Of a stretch of DNA of 64,000 bases, positions 48,789 through 59,561 are shown piece after piece. Numbering within the stretch: position 1 is the first letter of the stretch; every line of letters begins with the position of its first letter. Origin of the DNA: an uncultured Muribaculaceae bacterium (lineage in GTDB: Bacteria > Bacillota_I > Bacilli_A > RF39 > UBA660); the NCBI GenBank assembly GCA_964630365.1, contig CAZVUP010000002.1, positions 10,188-74,187 of the forward strand. Direction: 5' to 3'. Made by a program: the position numbers and the translations under genes. A model generated the notes under the pieces. That model worked only from the letters and a program-made list of their open reading frames with translations. It was not told where the DNA came from and did no database searches.

Positions 48789-49694
48789 ATGAGAACAATG
48801 ATATTTGGTGCTGGATCAGACTTAGGTGTCCATATCGATGGAGCAAACCTTGGGCCAGTACAATTAATGAATGATTTAAAAGCTTTCTATAAAGGAGAAA
48901 GCATGATGTTTCAGAAAGATGAATCTATTATCAAAAGTAGAAATTTATCTGATAGAAGAAAAAATGAATATGAAATTGAAAAATTCAATTCAAACCTTTA
49001 CAAAGCAATGGTTGATAAAATTAAAGAAGAGTATTTTCCTATTCTTATAGGTGGAGATCACTCAGTAGCAATACCTAGTGCCCTAGCTTCTGCTAAAGTG
49101 AATACTGATATTGGTATAATTTGGATCGATGCTCATACTGACTACAACACATTTGAATCAACTGTAACCGGCAATATTCACGGTCTTCCTTTAGCCGCTA
49201 TTACAGGTTATAAAAATGCCGAATTACGTCACTATCATGATGGCAAAATAATCCAACCGTCAAAAACCGTAATCGTTGGTGCTAGAAGCATCGATGAAGG
49301 AGAAAAAGATAATGTCCGTTATTCTGGAGTTACTGTATTTACAACAGAAGACATAAAAGAAAAAGGTATTGAAGCTGTTATGGATGAAGCTTTTAAAATA
49401 GCCGGGTATAAAACAAAGGGAATCCACATTAGTTATGATCTTGATGTTATTGACCCAGATGTTGCTCCAGGTGTTTCTATTCCAGAGTTTGATGGAATAT
49501 CTGAAGAAGAAGCAATGCAAATAAATGAGTATATAGTAAACCATTTTAAAGAAGTTTTATCATTTGATCTAGTTGAATTCAATCCTTTAAGAGACATTAA
49601 TCGTAAAACTGAACAAATAGCCTTAAATATTCTAGCACAAATAATAAGAGCTGCAGAAAACAAAGAAAAATGGGAAAAGAAGATTTATTATTAA
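48789..49694 (+). CDS. arginase/agmatinase (ureohydrolase) family protein
   Basis: GGDHSVAIP, DAHTDYNT and SYDLDVIDP Mn-binding motifs. 301 aa. Confidence 0.8.
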   Translation: MRTMIFGAGSDLGVHIDGANLGPVQLMNDLKAFYKGESMMFQKDESIIKSRNLSDRRKNEYEIEKFNSNLYKAMVDKIKEEYFPILIGGDHSVAIPSALASAKVNTDIGIIWIDAHTDYNTFESTVTGNIHGLPLAAITGYKNAELRHYHDGKIIQPSKTVIVGARSIDEGEKDNVRYSGVTVFTTEDIKEKGIEAVMDEAFKIAGYKTKGIHISYDLDVIDPDVAPGVSIPEFDGISEEEAMQINEYIVNHFKEVLSFDLVEFNPLRDINRKTEQIALNILAQIIRAAENKEKWEKKIYY

Positions 49695-49725
49695 AAAAAG
49701 CGAACAATACGTTCGCTTTTTATTT
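49695..49725. terminator. bidirectional rho-independent terminator
   Basis: AAAGCGAAC aata CGTTCGCTTTTT between the convergent arginase-family and ftsZ genes. Confidence 0.55.
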
Positions 49726-50846
49726 TAAAAATTTCTATCTCTTAAGAATGATGGAACTTCAATATCACCTGTTGGATCTGAATTATCATCATCTTTATTG
49801 CCAAGAACTTCTGTAGGATAACTATAACTATCTCTTGAAGGACTTCTTCTACTTTGTTGATTATTATGGTTAACATCTTGTTGAGAAGTTTTCTTTTGCT
49901 TATCAAAACCTGTAGCAATAACAGTAACAATTACCTCATCACTTAAATTTTCATTAATAACTGATCCAAAAATAGTATTAATATCATTGCCGGCAGCACT
50001 TCTAACAACTTCTGCAGCTTGTTCCGCTTCAAACAAAGTTAAATTAACTCCACCAGTAATATTAATAATTGCATCTGTTGCTCCTTCAATTGAAGTATCA
50101 AGAAGTGGTGAAGAAACAGCTTGCTTAGCAGCCTCAAGTGCCCTATCTTCGCCCATTCCAATACCAATTCCAATTATCGCACGTCCACTATTTTGCATAA
50201 CAGCCTTAACATCTGCAAAATCCAAGTTAACAAGACCAACAACAGCTATCAAATCAGAAATTGATTGTACCCCACGACGAAGTACATTATCAACTTCTTT
50301 AAACGCTTCAAGCATTGGAGTTGATTTATCGATAATCTCTCTCAACCTATCATTAGGTATTACAATCAATGTATCAACATGTTTTTTTAACTCTTCAATA
50401 CCTTGAATGGCATTTTCCATTCTTTTCTTTCCTTCAAATGAGAACGGTTTAGTAACAATAGCTACTGTCAAAGCACCTAACCCTTGAGCTATTTCAGCAA
50501 CTATTGCTGCTGCTCCAGTACCAGTTCCTCCACCCATTCCTGCAGTAATAAAAACCATATCTGCACCAGCAAGGGCATCTTCTATTTCTTTTTTTGATTC
50601 TATTGCTGACTCTTTACCAACTTCTGGTTTACCACCAGCACCAAGTCCATCTGTAAGTGTTGCTCCTATTTGAATTTTAACATCTGCTTTAGATGTATTT
50701 AAAACTTGCAAATCAGTATTTGCAGCAATAAATTCAACACCTTTTACGCCAGATTCAACCATTCTATTAATAGCGTTCCCTCCGCCACCACCCATACCGA
50801 TGACTTTAATCTTCGCTAATTGATCCATCTCTAATCCGCCGATCAT
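49725..50846 (-). CDS. ftsZ: cell division GTPase FtsZ
   Basis: GGGTGTG tubulin signature. [18 protein letters not shown]-terminus. Confidence 0.95.
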   Translation of the reverse strand: MIGGLEMDQLAKIKVIGMGGGGGNAINRMVESGVKGVEFIAANTDLQVLNTSKADVKIQIGATLTDGLGAGGKPEVGKESAIESKKEIEDALAGADMVFITAGMGGGTGTGAAAIVAEIAQGLGALTVAIVTKPFSFEGKKRMENAIQGIEELKKHVDTLIVIPNDRLREIIDKSTPMLEAFKEVDNVLRRGVQSISDLIAVVGLVNLDFADVKAVMQNSGRAIIGIGIGMGEDRALEAAKQAVSSPLLDTSIEGATDAIINITGGVNLTLFEAEQAAEVVRSAAGNDINTIFGSVINENLSDEVIVTVIATGFDKQKKTSQQDVNHNNQQSRRSPSRDSYSYPTEVLGNKDDDNSDPTGDIEVPSFLRDRNF

Positions 50847-50858
50847 ACCATTTCCTCC

Positions 50859-52085
50859 TTAATTATCGAGAAAGTGTTCAAACACCTTATTTAACCTATT
50901 ATCATCGATAGTTGTTTTCTTCATAGCCTTTTCTTCTTCTTTAGTAAACATATTATATTGCTTACCACGAAGAGATAATTTGTCATCAAAATATTTGATA
51001 ACGCCATAACAACTACTAAATTTATTGTGCCTAATTCCCATAGCCGATATATTGCATACCTTAGCAACAAAACCAAATTCCTGTTCAACTAAGTTTTGAA
51101 AACCGGCAAGTTCACTTAAGCCACCTGTTATAATTATATAACGTATTTCTCTATTTGTTAAGTTTTTTATTTCATTTTTTGCAAGTTTTAATATTTCTCT
51201 TATTCTAGCCTCCACGACTTTTGAAACACCAACTTGGTTTAGCTCCTTAGAATTATCATTATCAACATTAAAAGTCCATAAATCATTCTGATCAGCATAA
51301 GAAGAAAGTGCAACTGCAAAGCATTCTTTTATTTTTCTAGACTCACTTATTTTTGATTTAAAAACATAAGTCAAATCTTTATCGACATTCTTACTTCCAA
51401 CAGGTAATGTACTATTTTTAATTTGAATGCCCTTATTAAAAACCGCAACATTAGTAGATAATTCACCTATATTAATAATAGCCCCAACCAATTCATCATA
51501 CTTACGATTTTTGATTGTATAATAATCGCCTACAGAAGTATAAGCAATATCAACGGTTTCCAAACCACTTAGTTTTAAAACCTCCAATATTCTATATAAA
51601 GGTTCTTTAGGGGTAGTACTAATAACAACTCTAGTCTCTAATACACTACCCTTCATTCCTTTAGGATCTTTAATATTCTTTTCATCATCTATAGTAAAAC
51701 TAATAGGCATTGCTGTTACAAGTTCATTATTTGTAAAATCTTCTCCTTTAAGAGCATTTATCAAAACATTACTAACATCAACTCCAGTTATTTCATTATA
51801 ATCAACAATATCTGTTTTCCCAACAACAATATTCATATCACACAGTTCTGGAGGTACACATGCTATAACTTTAGTAACTTTAACACCCAATAAATCATCT
51901 AACTCTCTAATAGCTCTTTTCACACTACTAGCAGCTAGTTTAGTATCTTCAATAAAACCATTTTTTATTCCTTCAGAAGGACTACAAGTAGAAGCTAACA
52001 CATAAAACTTATCATTAACTTTTTCAGATACAATAATTTTTATACTATCTGTTCCTAAATCAATACCAGTATATATCTCACGCAT
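50859..52085 (-). CDS. ftsA: cell division protein FtsA
   Basis: Actin-fold ATPase blocks (GIDLGTDSIK, IITGGLSELAG). Immediately upstream of ftsZ. Confidence 0.9.
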   Translation of the reverse strand: MREIYTGIDLGTDSIKIIVSEKVNDKFYVLASTCSPSEGIKNGFIEDTKLAASSVKRAIRELDDLLGVKVTKVIACVPPELCDMNIVVGKTDIVDYNEITGVDVSNVLINALKGEDFTNNELVTAMPISFTIDDEKNIKDPKGMKGSVLETRVVISTTPKEPLYRILEVLKLSGLETVDIAYTSVGDYYTIKNRKYDELVGAIINIGELSTNVAVFNKGIQIKNSTLPVGSKNVDKDLTYVFKSKISESRKIKECFAVALSSYADQNDLWTFNVDNDNSKELNQVGVSKVVEARIREILKLAKNEIKNLTNREIRYIIITGGLSELAGFQNLVEQEFGFVAKVCNISAMGIRHNKFSSCYGVIKYFDDKLSLRGKQYNMFTKEEEKAMKKTTIDDNRLNKVFEHFLDN

Positions 52086-52155
52086 ATAATCCTCCTATTC
52101 TTAAAAAACATTATACTACAAATAAAATATTTTGCCTAGATTTATCTTGAAATTA

Positions 52156-53484
52156 TTAGTTCAAAACATACAAATCATAATCCAATAATGTATCTATCTT
52201 TTTACCATTTTTAATTATATATTCAAAACCTTCTTTATCTAATTGCGTTTCTTTATTAGCAATACGCTTATAACAATCTTTTTTTATAAGAAATATCTTA
52301 TCATTATTTTTTTCTATTAACTTTATTATTTTTTTACTACCATTATAACCATGATTACCATGATTAACCAAATCTAAATATCCAATTTTTTGATTAGAAA
52401 TAATTCGATAAAAATAAGCATCATCATTATATATAATTGAAGCATTATCTTTTATGAAAGAAGCAATTTCATTAGAATACATAACATTTTTCCTTGAAAT
52501 ATTTTTATATTCGAAATGTTTTAAATTATTCTTTTGATACTCCAAAACATTCATAGTTTTACCAAATGTAAATATAATTGCAATTAAACATGTATAAAAA
52601 ATAAGTTCATACCTTAGTCTTATATCACCAACTATATTAATAAAAAGTATAGTAAAAGAAAATATAACATAAAACAAATGTAAATTATCAAATAATGGAA
52701 CAAATAACAAATAAGAGAAAATCAAATAATAATTAGAAATATCTTTCTTATTTTTAGCAATCATTATTATGCTAACAATTACTAATATTAAAAACAAAAA
52801 TACAGCTAATCCAAAACCATTGCTATTATTAGTAAAATCGAACATTCCGAATAAACACAAATCCAAAAAATCATATAAAGTTCCAGTTAATAACAAATAA
52901 ATTAAGAATATTATATTAGGAATTATAAATCCTATAATACGCTTAACTAAAGAAATATTACTTTTTTTGATAAACAAAATACTAGGAATTATAAAAAATA
53001 TTCCCACACTATGTTTAGTTAAAATACAACATGCGACCAAAAAACCAATTAAATAATCTTTGTATTTTATATTGCTCTTTTCAAAATAAATAATTAATAT
53101 CATCAAAAATAAAAAGAAAAAATTATATGTTGGATATATTAAAGGGAAAAACATTAATGAAATAATAATTAAAAAATATATTTTTTTATCAAACATTTTA
53201 TATAATAAATAAAACTCTAATGTCACTATTAAAGCATGAAATATAATAAATGATAAATAACTATTCGAAATTAATAATGGTATTGTCATTATAAAACTAT
53301 ATAAAGGGGGAATAACCATATTAAAATCTTTATATGGAATTTCCCCTAATCTAATTGCATAACTAAACCCATAATTCCATATTTCATCAAGATTATTAAT
53401 TACAAACAATAAGTTAAAAATTATTATAAATAAGAAAAAAAGAAAAAAAAGCAAAAATTTACCATATTTTTTCAAAATTATCAC
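52156..53484 (-). CDS. polytopic membrane protein, paralog 5 of 5 (GT-C-like glycosyltransferase candidate with novel C-terminal domain)
   Basis: NLDEIWNYGFSYAIRLGEIPYKDFNMVIPPLY N-terminal loop. LTKHSVG motif. C-terminal HFEY...GNHGYNGSKK. Confidence 0.55.
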   Translation of the reverse strand: MIILKKYGKFLLFFLFFLFIIIFNLLFVINNLDEIWNYGFSYAIRLGEIPYKDFNMVIPPLYSFIMTIPLLISNSYLSFIIFHALIVTLEFYLLYKMFDKKIYFLIIISLMFFPLIYPTYNFFFLFLMILIIYFEKSNIKYKDYLIGFLVACCILTKHSVGIFFIIPSILFIKKSNISLVKRIIGFIIPNIIFLIYLLLTGTLYDFLDLCLFGMFDFTNNSNGFGLAVFLFLILVIVSIIMIAKNKKDISNYYLIFSYLLFVPLFDNLHLFYVIFSFTILFINIVGDIRLRYELIFYTCLIAIIFTFGKTMNVLEYQKNNLKHFEYKNISRKNVMYSNEIASFIKDNASIIYNDDAYFYRIISNQKIGYLDLVNHGNHGYNGSKKIIKLIEKNNDKIFLIKKDCYKRIANKETQLDKEGFEYIIKNGKKIDTLLDYDLYVLN

Positions 53485-54812
53485 TCCTTATAATAAACAG
53501 AAAAGCCCCCTATACTATCTACTTTTAAAAAGTTGTTCTTTATATAATTATAAGCTTCATGATTAAATTGATCACCTGGATTAAGACGTTTTTCATTATT
53601 AGTTATAACAAAATAACAATCTTTTTCATTTTTAATCATATCAACAAACTTCTTACTGCCATTATAACCAAAATTACCATATAGTGGAACATCATAATAA
53701 GTAATTTCCCGATCATAAACTATATCATAATACATATTTAAACCATCAATCATATAATATTTTTCATACTTAGATAATTTTTTATGGACTTCATTAATAG
53801 ATTTTTCAAAAACACTATCCATTAATAAGTATTCATAATGATTTGCTTTTGATAATACCAATTTATCATATATACTATAATAATATACAAAACTTGTCGC
53901 CATAAAAATGAATAACCAAAAATAAATAAATCCATATGTTGGTAGCTTAGAATTATTATTACAAAGAAAAACAAATATTAGTATCATCAAATAAAAAGAA
54001 ATATGTGATTTATCAAATAATGGTAAAACAAACATAAAAGAACCAAGTAAATAATAAATTAATATATTATTTTTTTGTTTTATCAATATATAACTAGTAT
54101 AAATAAGAATAATTAATGAAACTAAGAAATAGATTGAAATTTTTGAATTCTTAGAAGCAAACTCAAACAAACCAGCAATACTCAAGTCAAAAAATGCAAA
54201 TAAACTCTTAGATAAAACTAAATACGCAAAAAACAATAATAATGGAATAAACATATAAAGAATTCTATAAACAACTTTCTTCAATTCTACTTTTTTTATC
54301 AATAGACCAACAAGTACAATAAAAACAATTGGCAAACCAATAGTATGCTTTGAAAGAATTAACAATCCCCAAAAAAAGCCAATCAATTTATCAGAATATT
54401 CTAACTTTTCAATACATAACAACAAAATTACAATTGAAAATGCCAAATAATTATAAGTTGGTATTAAAGCATAGAAAAACGCACCACATAAAGTACAAAT
54501 ATAAATAATAGATTTATTTTTAATTATCTTATCAACAAAGTAGAAAACAACTATATTCAATATAAATGATTCTATTAAAAATACTATAAATGAATCTTTT
54601 ATAAACAATCCTAAAGAAAACAAGAAAATAAACAATGGTGTAGAAATTATATTAAAATCAACATATGGTGTTTCACCTATCACAAATGCATGACAAAAAC
54701 CATATTCCCACGTAGCATCATATTCATAAAAAATAACATTTAAAATAAACAATCTAACAAATAATATAAATCCAAAAATAATAATCCTATAATTTTTCCT
54801 AATAAAGTTCAT
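53481..54812 (-). CDS. polytopic membrane protein, paralog 4 of 5
   Basis: YDATWEYGFCHAFVIGETPYVDFNIISTPLF, LSKHTIG, HYEY...GNFGYNGSKK. Confidence 0.55.
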   Translation of the reverse strand: MNFIRKNYRIIIFGFILFVRLFILNVIFYEYDATWEYGFCHAFVIGETPYVDFNIISTPLFIFLFSLGLFIKDSFIVFLIESFILNIVVFYFVDKIIKNKSIIYICTLCGAFFYALIPTYNYLAFSIVILLLCIEKLEYSDKLIGFFWGLLILSKHTIGLPIVFIVLVGLLIKKVELKKVVYRILYMFIPLLLFFAYLVLSKSLFAFFDLSIAGLFEFASKNSKISIYFLVSLIILIYTSYILIKQKNNILIYYLLGSFMFVLPLFDKSHISFYLMILIFVFLCNNNSKLPTYGFIYFWLFIFMATSFVYYYSIYDKLVLSKANHYEYLLMDSVFEKSINEVHKKLSKYEKYYMIDGLNMYYDIVYDREITYYDVPLYGNFGYNGSKKFVDMIKNEKDCYFVITNNEKRLNPGDQFNHEAYNYIKNNFLKVDSIGGFSVYYKE

Positions 54813-54824
54813 AAAATTATCCCC

Positions 54825-56150
54825 CTATTCCAATATATAAAAATCATAAATTTGAACTGTATCAATCTTAGTTCCTTTTTCAATAATATATTTAACAGCC
54901 TTTTTATCAGCTTGACATTTTTCATTTAAATCATCAGGAGAAATGACAAAGACAGCATTCTTATCATTTCTCTCATTTATCATTTTAATAATCTTATCAC
55001 TACCATTATAACCGAAATTACCACTATTTATTAAATCTAAATATGACATTTTATCATCCAACACAATTCTAAAATAGTAAGCATCAGATGCAACAAAAAT
55101 ATATTCCTTATCATTATTTTTATTAATATAATTAACAATATTATTAGTAAATTTAATAGAATCAGCCCTAATATACCGATATTCAAAATGATTAATACTA
55201 TTAGGGTAATCAATCTTAAATCCTTGGTTATTACTAACAAACATAATAATACCAATACCAACAATTAAAATAAATATTGCTGGTTTTAACTTTGAAATAT
55301 ATTCAATATTAATAATTGATAAAATTTGCATAAACAATAACAAATATGCTAAGCAATTATGATGAAAATCAAACAAAGGCAACATCATCGAAGCAAAAGC
55401 AAAATAATAATAATTACTAATATCATGTTTTCTTTTCCTTACTATCAAAAATCCAACTAATAAATATAATAGAAAATAAAAATACCCAAAATTAAAACCA
55501 GTTGTGTTTTCATGACCAAAGTCAAATAAACCAAGTATACATAAATCAACGAACTGTGGCAATGCATCAAAACAAACTAAAAATAATAAAAATATTATGC
55601 ATGGAACAAAACATCCAATTATTCTCTTAAAAACTTTTTTTCTATCTTTAACAATATAATAAATACTAGGTAAAAGAATAAAAAAACCTATAGTATGTTT
55701 AGTCAAAATACATAATCCTATAATAAATCCTATAATATAATCATTATAATTTATTTTCTCGAGATATATTAACAAAACAACCAAAAAGACAATAAACAAA
55801 TTATAACTTGGAAATGTTATAGAATTTGAACAGAAAACAATAATCAATCCCAATATATATACTTTATCTCCAATTAGTTTATATACAATATAAAAGAAAA
55901 AAGTTAGAATAATAGCGTTTTCAACGTGCAAAACCAACATACTACTACCAAATATATGAAATGGTAACGACATTAAAAACGGATAAAGTGGTGGTATAAC
56001 CATATTAAAATCTCTATATGGAATTAATCCAAGATAAATATTGTGAGCAAAACCATAATTCCATATTTCATCATTCTGAATACTATTAATAACTAAATTC
56101 CATACCAGACATACAACAAATAAAACAAAAAGTTTAAATATTTTTTTCAT
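54825..56150 (-). CDS. polytopic membrane protein, paralog 3 of 5
   Basis: QNDEIWNYGFAHNIYLGLIPYRDFNMVIPPLY, LTKHTIG, HFEY...GNFGYNGSDK. Confidence 0.55.
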   Translation of the reverse strand: MKKIFKLFVLFVVCLVWNLVINSIQNDEIWNYGFAHNIYLGLIPYRDFNMVIPPLYPFLMSLPFHIFGSSMLVLHVENAIILTFFFYIVYKLIGDKVYILGLIIVFCSNSITFPSYNLFIVFLVVLLIYLEKINYNDYIIGFIIGLCILTKHTIGFFILLPSIYYIVKDRKKVFKRIIGCFVPCIIFLLFLVCFDALPQFVDLCILGLFDFGHENTTGFNFGYFYFLLYLLVGFLIVRKRKHDISNYYYFAFASMMLPLFDFHHNCLAYLLLFMQILSIINIEYISKLKPAIFILIVGIGIIMFVSNNQGFKIDYPNSINHFEYRYIRADSIKFTNNIVNYINKNNDKEYIFVASDAYYFRIVLDDKMSYLDLINSGNFGYNGSDKIIKMINERNDKNAVFVISPDDLNEKCQADKKAVKYIIEKGTKIDTVQIYDFYILE

Positions 56151-56204
56151 ATTTCACCACCAAAAAACACTATTAAGATAAAATATTAATAATATTAGTT
56201 AACA

Positions 56205-57587
56205 TTACTTTTTATAATAGATATCAAAACTACCTTCAGATCCAATTTTATTACAATTCTCAATAACATAATTAACTATATTTTTATCAAATTGAGAATA
56301 GGAATCATTTTTCTCATAATCTTTTCTATCAACTAAAATATACCTATCATGCATATTTCCAATTTTATTAATCATTTTTTCGTCACCATTATATCCGAAA
56401 TTACCATAAAGCAACACACCAAAGTAATCAAGTTTCTTATCCCTAGAAATATCATATTGTATTTTAGAATAACTTAAAACTAAAGGATTAGCATATGAAT
56501 CAATAATATTATAATCATTAATAATTCTAGTATAGTTTGAATCAACATTATAAAAAAATTCAAAATGTTTTATTCCTTTATTCAATACAAAATTATAATC
56601 CTTAGCCATGAAGAAAAATACACACAAAAAAATTACAAAAGAAACAATAAAACTTAATATTCCTAAATAGTCACCATATTTTTTTATAAAAGGAACTAAT
56701 TGTAGCAACACACAAACCATATACAATGAAAAATGTGGTGGATCAAATATAGGAATTACAAAAGCTATACCAAATAGTAAATAAAGGTTAGCTATATCAT
56801 CACGATTTCTAATAGTTATAAATAGACTAATAAAAAATAAGGCAACACTTACAAAGAAAAGCGTTGTAAATAAATGATTATTATTACTACCAAAATCAAA
56901 TAATCCTAAAAAACATAAATCTATAAATGGCCATAAACTTTTTGTTAATAATAAATATAAAAAGAATATACTTAAAGGAATAAAAGCACCAAGTACTCTT
57001 CTACCAATCTTCTTTTTATCTTTAAAATAATAAATTAGTGTTGGAATAGCAAAAAAGCACCCAACAGTATGCTTACTAAGAATAGCTAAACCTATAACAA
57101 TACCAATCAAAATATCTTTTTCTTTATAATTCTTTTCAAGAAAAATGAGAAGTATTAAGAAAAAAAGAACCAAAAAATTATAAGTAGCATTAAGAGCATA
57201 TCCAGAAAATAAGGATATAAAAAACATAATTATAAAAGACTTTTTACCAAATGTTCTCTCCAAAATATAAAAAAACAAGGTAACAAGTAATGCTTGTTCA
57301 ATCAACAACATTGTAAAATTATTCCAGAATAACAAGCCTATAGCCATTAAAAAAGCATATAATGGCGTAGAAATAATATTAAAATCAAGATATGGTATTT
57401 CCCCCTTTGTAATAGCATAACTAAAGCCATACATAGCAATCGGATCACCATAAGCACTTGGAAAATTAAAAATATAATATAAAGAAAAAACAAATATAAA
57501 TATCAAAATATAATACCAATTTTTCTTAAATAAAGTTACCATACTACTCTCCCAATACATAAATATTGTAATTACCAAAACTATCAA
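56205..57587 (-). CDS. polytopic membrane protein, paralog 2 of 5
   Basis: GDPIAMYGFSYAITKGEIPYLDFNIISTPLY, LSKHTVG, HFEF...GNFGYNGDEK. Confidence 0.55.
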   Translation of the reverse strand: MIVLVITIFMYWESSMVTLFKKNWYYILIFIFVFSLYYIFNFPSAYGDPIAMYGFSYAITKGEIPYLDFNIISTPLYAFLMAIGLLFWNNFTMLLIEQALLVTLFFYILERTFGKKSFIIMFFISLFSGYALNATYNFLVLFFLILLIFLEKNYKEKDILIGIVIGLAILSKHTVGCFFAIPTLIYYFKDKKKIGRRVLGAFIPLSIFFLYLLLTKSLWPFIDLCFLGLFDFGSNNNHLFTTLFFVSVALFFISLFITIRNRDDIANLYLLFGIAFVIPIFDPPHFSLYMVCVLLQLVPFIKKYGDYLGILSFIVSFVIFLCVFFFMAKDYNFVLNKGIKHFEFFYNVDSNYTRIINDYNIIDSYANPLVLSYSKIQYDISRDKKLDYFGVLLYGNFGYNGDEKMINKIGNMHDRYILVDRKDYEKNDSYSQFDKNIVNYVIENCNKIGSEGSFDIYYKK

Positions 57588-58857
57588 TTATCTTCCCATT
57601 ATCGATAATATAATGAATTAACTCCTGATCCGTTTGTTTACCTCTTCCTATTTCATTTTTATTAAGAAAAAAAGCATAATCAGAGTCCAACTTCTTAACA
57701 CTCTCTAGCAACTTACTACTACCATTATAGCCCCAATTACCAGTATTTATCAAATCCAAATTATTAAGTGGATAATTACCAATAAGTTTATAATAATATG
57801 CATTAGGCCCAACAAAAATAACTTTATGATTATATTTCTCATAATAATTAAGAACTTTGTGAGCTGATTTTACTTTTTCTTGAGTAATAAACCGATACTT
57901 AAAAGCACCTAAATCATTAGGATATACTCTATAATTAAAACCACTATTAATAAAATATATTATCAAAAAAGCTAAAAACAAAGATAAACCAATAGTCTTA
58001 TACTTAACTACTTTAAAATCAAAATTAATAAAAACAATTATCAAAAAAGCAACCAAATATATATTAAAATGATATAAATCAAAGATTGGAAAACAAATAC
58101 TAGAAAATAATAATAAATAATAGTAATAAATATTTCGTCTATTTTTAATTATCAAATAAATAGTAAATAGTATTATCATTATGACAAAAAAGAAAAAGAT
58201 ATTAAATGGTGTTCCATTTCCTTTGCCAAAATCAAATAAACCAAGAAAACATAAATCAAAAAATTCTTTATAACTATTTGAAATAATTAAATATATCATA
58301 AAAATAATATTAGGTATTATAAAAGCCACTATTCTTTTAAAAAGCTTATCTTTACTAGAAAAATAAAAAAATATAGAAAAGAATAAAACTAATCCAACAC
58401 TCTGTTTAGTTAAAAATATCAAAGCTAATATTAAACCTATTAAATAATCATTAGCTTTTATTTTTTCTAAGTAAAGAATAAAAACAAATAACAGTAACAA
58501 TAAAAAATTATAATTAGGAAAAGTTATATTTAAAGGAAAAATAAGTAGTGGTAACACTATATAAGCTTTCTTATTCAATAACTTAAAAACAAAAAATATA
58601 AAAATTAGTATCATTAAACTATTTATTATATGAAAAACTAAAAAACTATCATTAAAAAAATGAATAAAAAATCCCATAATCATAGGATAAAAAGGCGTTA
58701 TTACCATATTAAAATCAACATAAGGAATAAGACCTGAAGAAATATTTTTAGTAAAACCATAACTCCATACTTCATCCAAATTCATTGGACTAATAAGCAA
58801 ATTAAACCCTAAAAAAATTATAAATATTAACATATAAGACAATATTTTTTTATTCAT
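57544..58857 (-). CDS. polytopic membrane protein, paralog 1 of 5
   Basis: NLDEVWSYGFTKNISSGLIPYVDFNMVITPFY, LTKQSVG, AFKY...GNWGYNGSSK. Confidence 0.55.
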   Translation of the reverse strand: MNKKILSYMLIFIIFLGFNLLISPMNLDEVWSYGFTKNISSGLIPYVDFNMVITPFYPMIMGFFIHFFNDSFLVFHIINSLMILIFIFFVFKLLNKKAYIVLPLLIFPLNITFPNYNFLLLLLFVFILYLEKIKANDYLIGLILALIFLTKQSVGLVLFFSIFFYFSSKDKLFKRIVAFIIPNIIFMIYLIISNSYKEFFDLCFLGLFDFGKGNGTPFNIFFFFVIMIILFTIYLIIKNRRNIYYYYLLLFSSICFPIFDLYHFNIYLVAFLIIVFINFDFKVVKYKTIGLSLFLAFLIIYFINSGFNYRVYPNDLGAFKYRFITQEKVKSAHKVLNYYEKYNHKVIFVGPNAYYYKLIGNYPLNNLDLINTGNWGYNGSSKLLESVKKLDSDYAFFLNKNEIGRGKQTDQELIHYIIDNGKIIDSFGNYNIYVLGE

Positions 58858-58862
58858 TTAAT

Positions 58863-59561
58863 TCACTCCATAATCTTAAAATGATTGCCACTATCTAAAT
58901 AAAGAATACCTTTATGGCCTTCAAGTTGCTTCAAAACCTCATTATAATGATTAATAGCCTTAAACTTTGTCAAAGTAAGATAAACCATATTACCATCATC
59001 CATATATAATAAAAATCTATCTTTATCATAATCATTTGGTTGATACTCAATATCACTAATTTTAGATATTACATCATCATTAACATTTTCCATAGATTCA
59101 ATAAACTTTTTATATTTTTTATCAGGCACATAATTTAATAGCCTTGGCACACTAAAATTATGACTTATTTCATCATCAGCAACTTCACCATTAATAAAAA
59201 CATATTTATTTATATTATTATCAAAAAATAAAGGTTTAGCTTCTCCAATTTCAACTTTTAAAACAAATGGATATTTTTTTGTAACTTTTGCATTATCAAT
59301 ATATTTAGATTTTTCTAATTTTGATTCTAACCTATTAGTATTTATAAGAAAAAACTTTGGATAATTTTTAATACCAACTAAATTAATAATATAATCATCA
59401 TTTAAATACTTAGTACCACTAATTATAATATTCTGAGTTTTTATATTAACAATAAAATACACGCCAAAAAATAGTCCTATAAAAACTAAAAGAACTATTA
59501 AAAAATTAAATACTTTTAATTTCCTTTTCTTAACTATTTTTTTAGCCATATCTACTCCCAA
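58863..59561 (-). CDS. divIB: cell division protein DivIB/FtsQ
   Basis: Bitopic protein (basic N-terminus, one TM) with a POTRA-like region. Position between murB and ftsA. Confidence 0.6.
   Translation of the reverse strand: MGVDMAKKIVKKRKLKVFNFLIVLLVFIGLFFGVYFIVNIKTQNIIISGTKYLNDDYIINLVGIKNYPKFFLINTNRLESKLEKSKYIDNAKVTKKYPFVLKVEIGEAKPLFFDNNINKYVFINGEVADDEISHNFSVPRLLNYVPDKKYKKFIESMENVNDDVISKISDIEYQPNDYDKDRFLLYMDDGNMVYLTLTKFKAINHYNEVLKQLEGHKGILYLDSGNHFKIME

Noticed and set aside
48113-50406. Small ORFs inside murE, the arginase-family gene and ftsZ (48113..48304, 48246..48449, 49260..49544, 49433..49663, 49742..49930, 49987..50406)
   Set aside because: All are nested in or antisense to strongly supported housekeeping genes.
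55037-55264. ORF 55037..55264 (-, 75 aa) and 59691..59945 (+, 84 aa)
   Set aside because: Nested within paralog 3 and antisense within murB respectively; no independent support.
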